The notes under the pieces were generated by a model. The model did not search any database. It saw nothing but the letters and a program-made list of their open reading frames with translations, and was not told the origin of the DNA. This document shows positions 61,213-64,000 of a stretch of 64,000 nucleotides of DNA, piece by piece. Source of the stretch: Candidatus Methanomethylophilaceae archaeon (GTDB taxonomy: Archaea > Thermoplasmatota > Thermoplasmata > Methanomassiliicoccales > Methanomethylophilaceae); the NCBI GenBank assembly GCA_944320495.1, contig CALUHR010000013.1:320001-384000 (forward strand), written 5' to 3'. How positions within the stretch are numbered: position 1 is the stretch's first letter; the number at the start of each line of letters is the position of its first letter. Made by a program: the position numbers and the translations under genes.

Positions 61213-62769
61213 TTGGCCAAGATCAGAAGAGCTATCATAAGCGTCTCCGACAAGACCGGAATCGTCGACTTCGCGAAGGCGCTCTCCTCCATGGGCGTGG
61301 AGATCATCTCCACCGGCGGCACGTTCAAGGTTCTGAAAGAGGCGGGCGTCCCCGTCACCGAGGTCTCCGACGTCACCGGGTTCCCCGAGATGCTGGACGG
61401 CCGCGTCAAGACCCTCCATCCCAAGATACACGCCGGCATCCTGGCGCGCAGGGACATAAGGGAGCACATGGACTCCATCGAGAAGATGGGCATCGCTCCC
61501 ATCGACATGGTCGTCATCAACCTCTATCCGTTCAAGCAGACTGTGCTGAAGGACGGCGTGACCTTCGACGAGATAGTCGAGAACATCGACATCGGCGGGC
61601 CCAGCATGATCCGTGCCGCTGCCAAGAACTACAAGGACGTGGCGGTCGTCACGGAGCCCTCCCAGTACGACGCCATCGTGTCCGCGCTCAAGGAGAACGG
61701 CGAGCTCCCCCTCGAGATGCACGAGAGGCTCATGGCCGAGGCCTTCGTCACCACCGCCAACTACGACGCCATGATCGCGTCCCAGACGTCCAAGAGGTTC
61801 ATCGAGGGATTCCCCGAGTCGTTCCCCATACCGTCCGAGAAGGTCGAGGACCTCAGGTACGGGGAGAACCCCAACCAGAAGGCCGCCTTCTACAAGGACC
61901 CCTTCACCCCCGGCGTCACCGTCGCCAGGGCGGAGCACCTCCAGCACGGCAAGCAGCTGTCCTACAACAACATCCTGGACCTGGACAAGGCCCTGGACAT
62001 CTGCATGGACTTCGAGAGGCCGACCGCGACGGTCATGAAGCACACCAACCCGTGCGGCCTCGCGTCCGCGGACACTATCGAAGAGGCTTTCATCACCGCC
62101 TACAACGTCGATCCCCTCTCCGCCTTCGGATGCGTCATCTGCCTCAACAGGCCATGTTCGGTCGAGATCGCCAAGGAGATCTCCCAGCACTTCGTCGAGG
62201 CCGTAATCTGCCCCGACTACGAGCCCGGAGCGGTGGAGATCATGGAGGTCAAGAAAAACATCCGCCTCCTGAGGACCAACTCCCCCATCGGACCCGATTA
62301 CCGTGTCAGGGAGATGAAGGTCAAGAAGGTCCAGGGCGGGATGCTCGTCCAGACCGACGAGGACGTCCTCATCGACCCGAAGAACCTGAAGGTCGTCACC
62401 GAGCGCGCCCCCACCGAGGAGGAGGTCCACTCCCTGCTCTTCGCCTGGAAGCTCGCCAAGCACGTCACCTCCAACGCGGTCGTCTACGTCAGGGGCGAGC
62501 GCGCTGTCGGCATCGGTGCTGGCCAGATGAGCCGCGTCGACTCCGCGAAGATTGCATCCATGAAGGCCAACGAGCCCACGCAGGGCTGCGTCATGGCGTC
62601 GGACGCGTTCTTCCCGTTCAGGGACGGCGTGGACGAGGCCGCAGCGGCCGGCGTGACGGCCATCATACAGCCCGGGGGCAGCATCAGGGACCAGGAGGTC
62701 ATCGACGCCGCCAACGAGCACGGTATGGCGATGGTCTTCACCGGATGCCGCGTCTTCAGGCACGGATGA
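61213..62769 (+). CDS. purH: Bifunctional AICAR transformylase / IMP cyclohydrolase
   Basis: IISVSDKTG, GRVKTLHP, IDIGGPSM, LRYGENPNQ, KHTNPCG and ASDAFFPF motifs. Confidence 0.97.
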   Translation: MAKIRRAIISVSDKTGIVDFAKALSSMGVEIISTGGTFKVLKEAGVPVTEVSDVTGFPEMLDGRVKTLHPKIHAGILARRDIREHMDSIEKMGIAPIDMVVINLYPFKQTVLKDGVTFDEIVENIDIGGPSMIRAAAKNYKDVAVVTEPSQYDAIVSALKENGELPLEMHERLMAEAFVTTANYDAMIASQTSKRFIEGFPESFPIPSEKVEDLRYGENPNQKAAFYKDPFTPGVTVARAEHLQHGKQLSYNNILDLDKALDICMDFERPTATVMKHTNPCGLASADTIEEAFITAYNVDPLSAFGCVICLNRPCSVEIAKEISQHFVEAVICPDYEPGAVEIMEVKKNIRLLRTNSPIGPDYRVREMKVKKVQGGMLVQTDEDVLIDPKNLKVVTERAPTEEEVHSLLFAWKLAKHVTSNAVVYVRGERAVGIGAGQMSRVDSAKIASMKANEPTQGCVMASDAFFPFRDGVDEAAAAGVTAIIQPGGSIRDQEVIDAANEHGMAMVFTGCRVFRHG

Positions 62770-63114
62770 TCAGCACGGGGTGCCTCCGGGCATCCCGCAA
62801 ACCCCAAACGCCGGGTCCGGACGGACCCGGTCCTCGTTCGGAATCCCATCAGGCTTGACATAGAGGGCATCGTCGATCCTCAGAGGAGGGTCGCAAGACG
62901 TCTTCGGGATGTCTGCCCGATCGGTTCGACCGGAGTTCTGATGAACCGAAGGGTCAGGGGGACCGCTTGCAACAGAACTCCCCGATTCTTGACCCATGGG
63001 ATCATGACAGTCGTCCTCGCTCGATCCGAAATCATGTCCTTTGTGCGCAGGCTCCTGCACGGATGTTCCGAGATGACCGGAAGGATGTCTCAACTCTACG
63101 ATTAAAATTAAATT

Positions 63115-63133
63115 ATTATCGATTATCGATAAT
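63115..63133. promoter_or_regulatory. Operator candidate: tandem ATTATCG and palindrome ATTATCGATAAT upstream of the transporter gene
   Basis: Perfect 12-bp palindrome at 63122-63133 next to TTATAAAT, about 30 nt before ATG 63164. Confidence 0.45.
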
Positions 63134-63163
63134 TATAAATCCGCATCGCATCTCACACGCCGC

Positions 63164-64000
63164 ATGAAAGCAAAGGAACTGCTGTCGAGCAGCGCATTCA
63201 TGATGTCGCTGGCTCTGATCGTCGCGCTCCTGACGAACCTGGGCGGGGTGTTCCCCGGCGAGGTCCTGGACGCCGATCTCAGGTCGAACCTGACGGTCCT
63301 CTTCCTAGCCATCATGATGACCCTCGCCCTGTCGAGGTACACCTTCAGCAACCTCAGTCCCGTCGCCCATTGGAAATCCGTCCTCAGGGCGATCGTGATG
63401 GGCCTCATCGTCGCCTCCCTCATCCCGCTCGCCGGATACTACCTGCTGAAGGACACCGAGTTCGGGAAGGAGGCCGCCGGTCTGATCTTCATCGCCGCCA
63501 CGCCCTTCGCCGCCTCCGTCGCTCCCCTGTCGTACATTCTCAGGGGCGACATGGAGCATGCCGCGAGGGGGACCATCTACGTCTACGTCCTCTCGCTCGT
63601 GTGGATTCCGTTCATCGTGTGGGTCACCCTCGGCGAGACGGTCGACATAATGACCGTCATCGAGGCCGTCATCGAGATCATCGGCATCCCGCTGGTCGTC
63701 TCCAGGCTGCTGACCAGGTTCAAGATGAGCAGGGAGTTCCTCGCGATCTTCATGAACTGCTGCATCTTCCTCCTGGTGTGGCTGTCCGTCGGTTCCACCA
63801 ACTTCTCCACTTCCACCGTCGGCATCCTCGTCGTGTTCGCCGTCATCGCGGCGCTCAGGTCCTTCGGTCTCGGCAACCTCATCGAGGTGGCGGAGAAGAG
63901 GGCGGGCCTGCCGTGGGGTCAGAGGGTCGCGGACATCCTGATGTCCTCCTACAAGAACAAGGGGATCGCCATCGCGATGTGCGCGGCCACCCTCGGACCG
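63164..64000 (+). CDS. Bile acid:Na+ symporter (BASS/Acr3)-like membrane transporter; runs off the window end
   Basis: Manual translation: many TM helices, AATPFAASV and SYKNKGIAIAM motifs. Confidence 0.75.
   Translation, partial: MKAKELLSSSAFMMSLALIVALLTNLGGVFPGEVLDADLRSNLTVLFLAIMMTLALSRYTFSNLSPVAHWKSVLRAIVMGLIVASLIPLAGYYLLKDTEFGKEAAGLIFIAATPFAASVAPLSYILRGDMEHAARGTIYVYVLSLVWIPFIVWVTLGETVDIMTVIEAVIEIIGIPLVVSRLLTRFKMSREFLAIFMNCCIFLLVWLSVGSTNFSTSTVGILVVFAVIAALRSFGLGNLIEVAEKRAGLPWGQRVADILMSSYKNKGIAIAMCAATLGP

Overview
GC-rich archaeal chromosome segment whose gene set and synteny (purP, ribK, pan, rpoK-rps2-MEMO1, rpl7ae-rps28e-rpl24e-ndk-infB, rps6e-eIF2gamma, mtaA, two HdrD-like proteins, DUF6015, csl4) point to Methanomassiliicoccales, probably Methanomethylophilaceae (inference). 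It holds about 70 mostly housekeeping genes, two tRNAs (Ile-CAU and Asn-GUU) and three decayed fragments. I found no CRISPR array, integrase or transposase. The main result is that 14 genes have an in-frame CGA at or near where the protein should end; about 9 cases are well supported. Standard-code translation of these genes runs on into implausible tails, sometimes through whole neighbouring genes. CGA was absent from the coding bodies I read codon by codon, while CGC, CGG, CGT, AGG and AGA occur there. The best cases are two convergent genes whose CGA codons abut (49038-49043) and a convergent pair 12 nt apart (47081-47098). This suggests CGA is a termination signal here, through recoding, C-to-U editing, or an unassigned codon plus ribosome rescue. 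A base-calling artefact must still be excluded.
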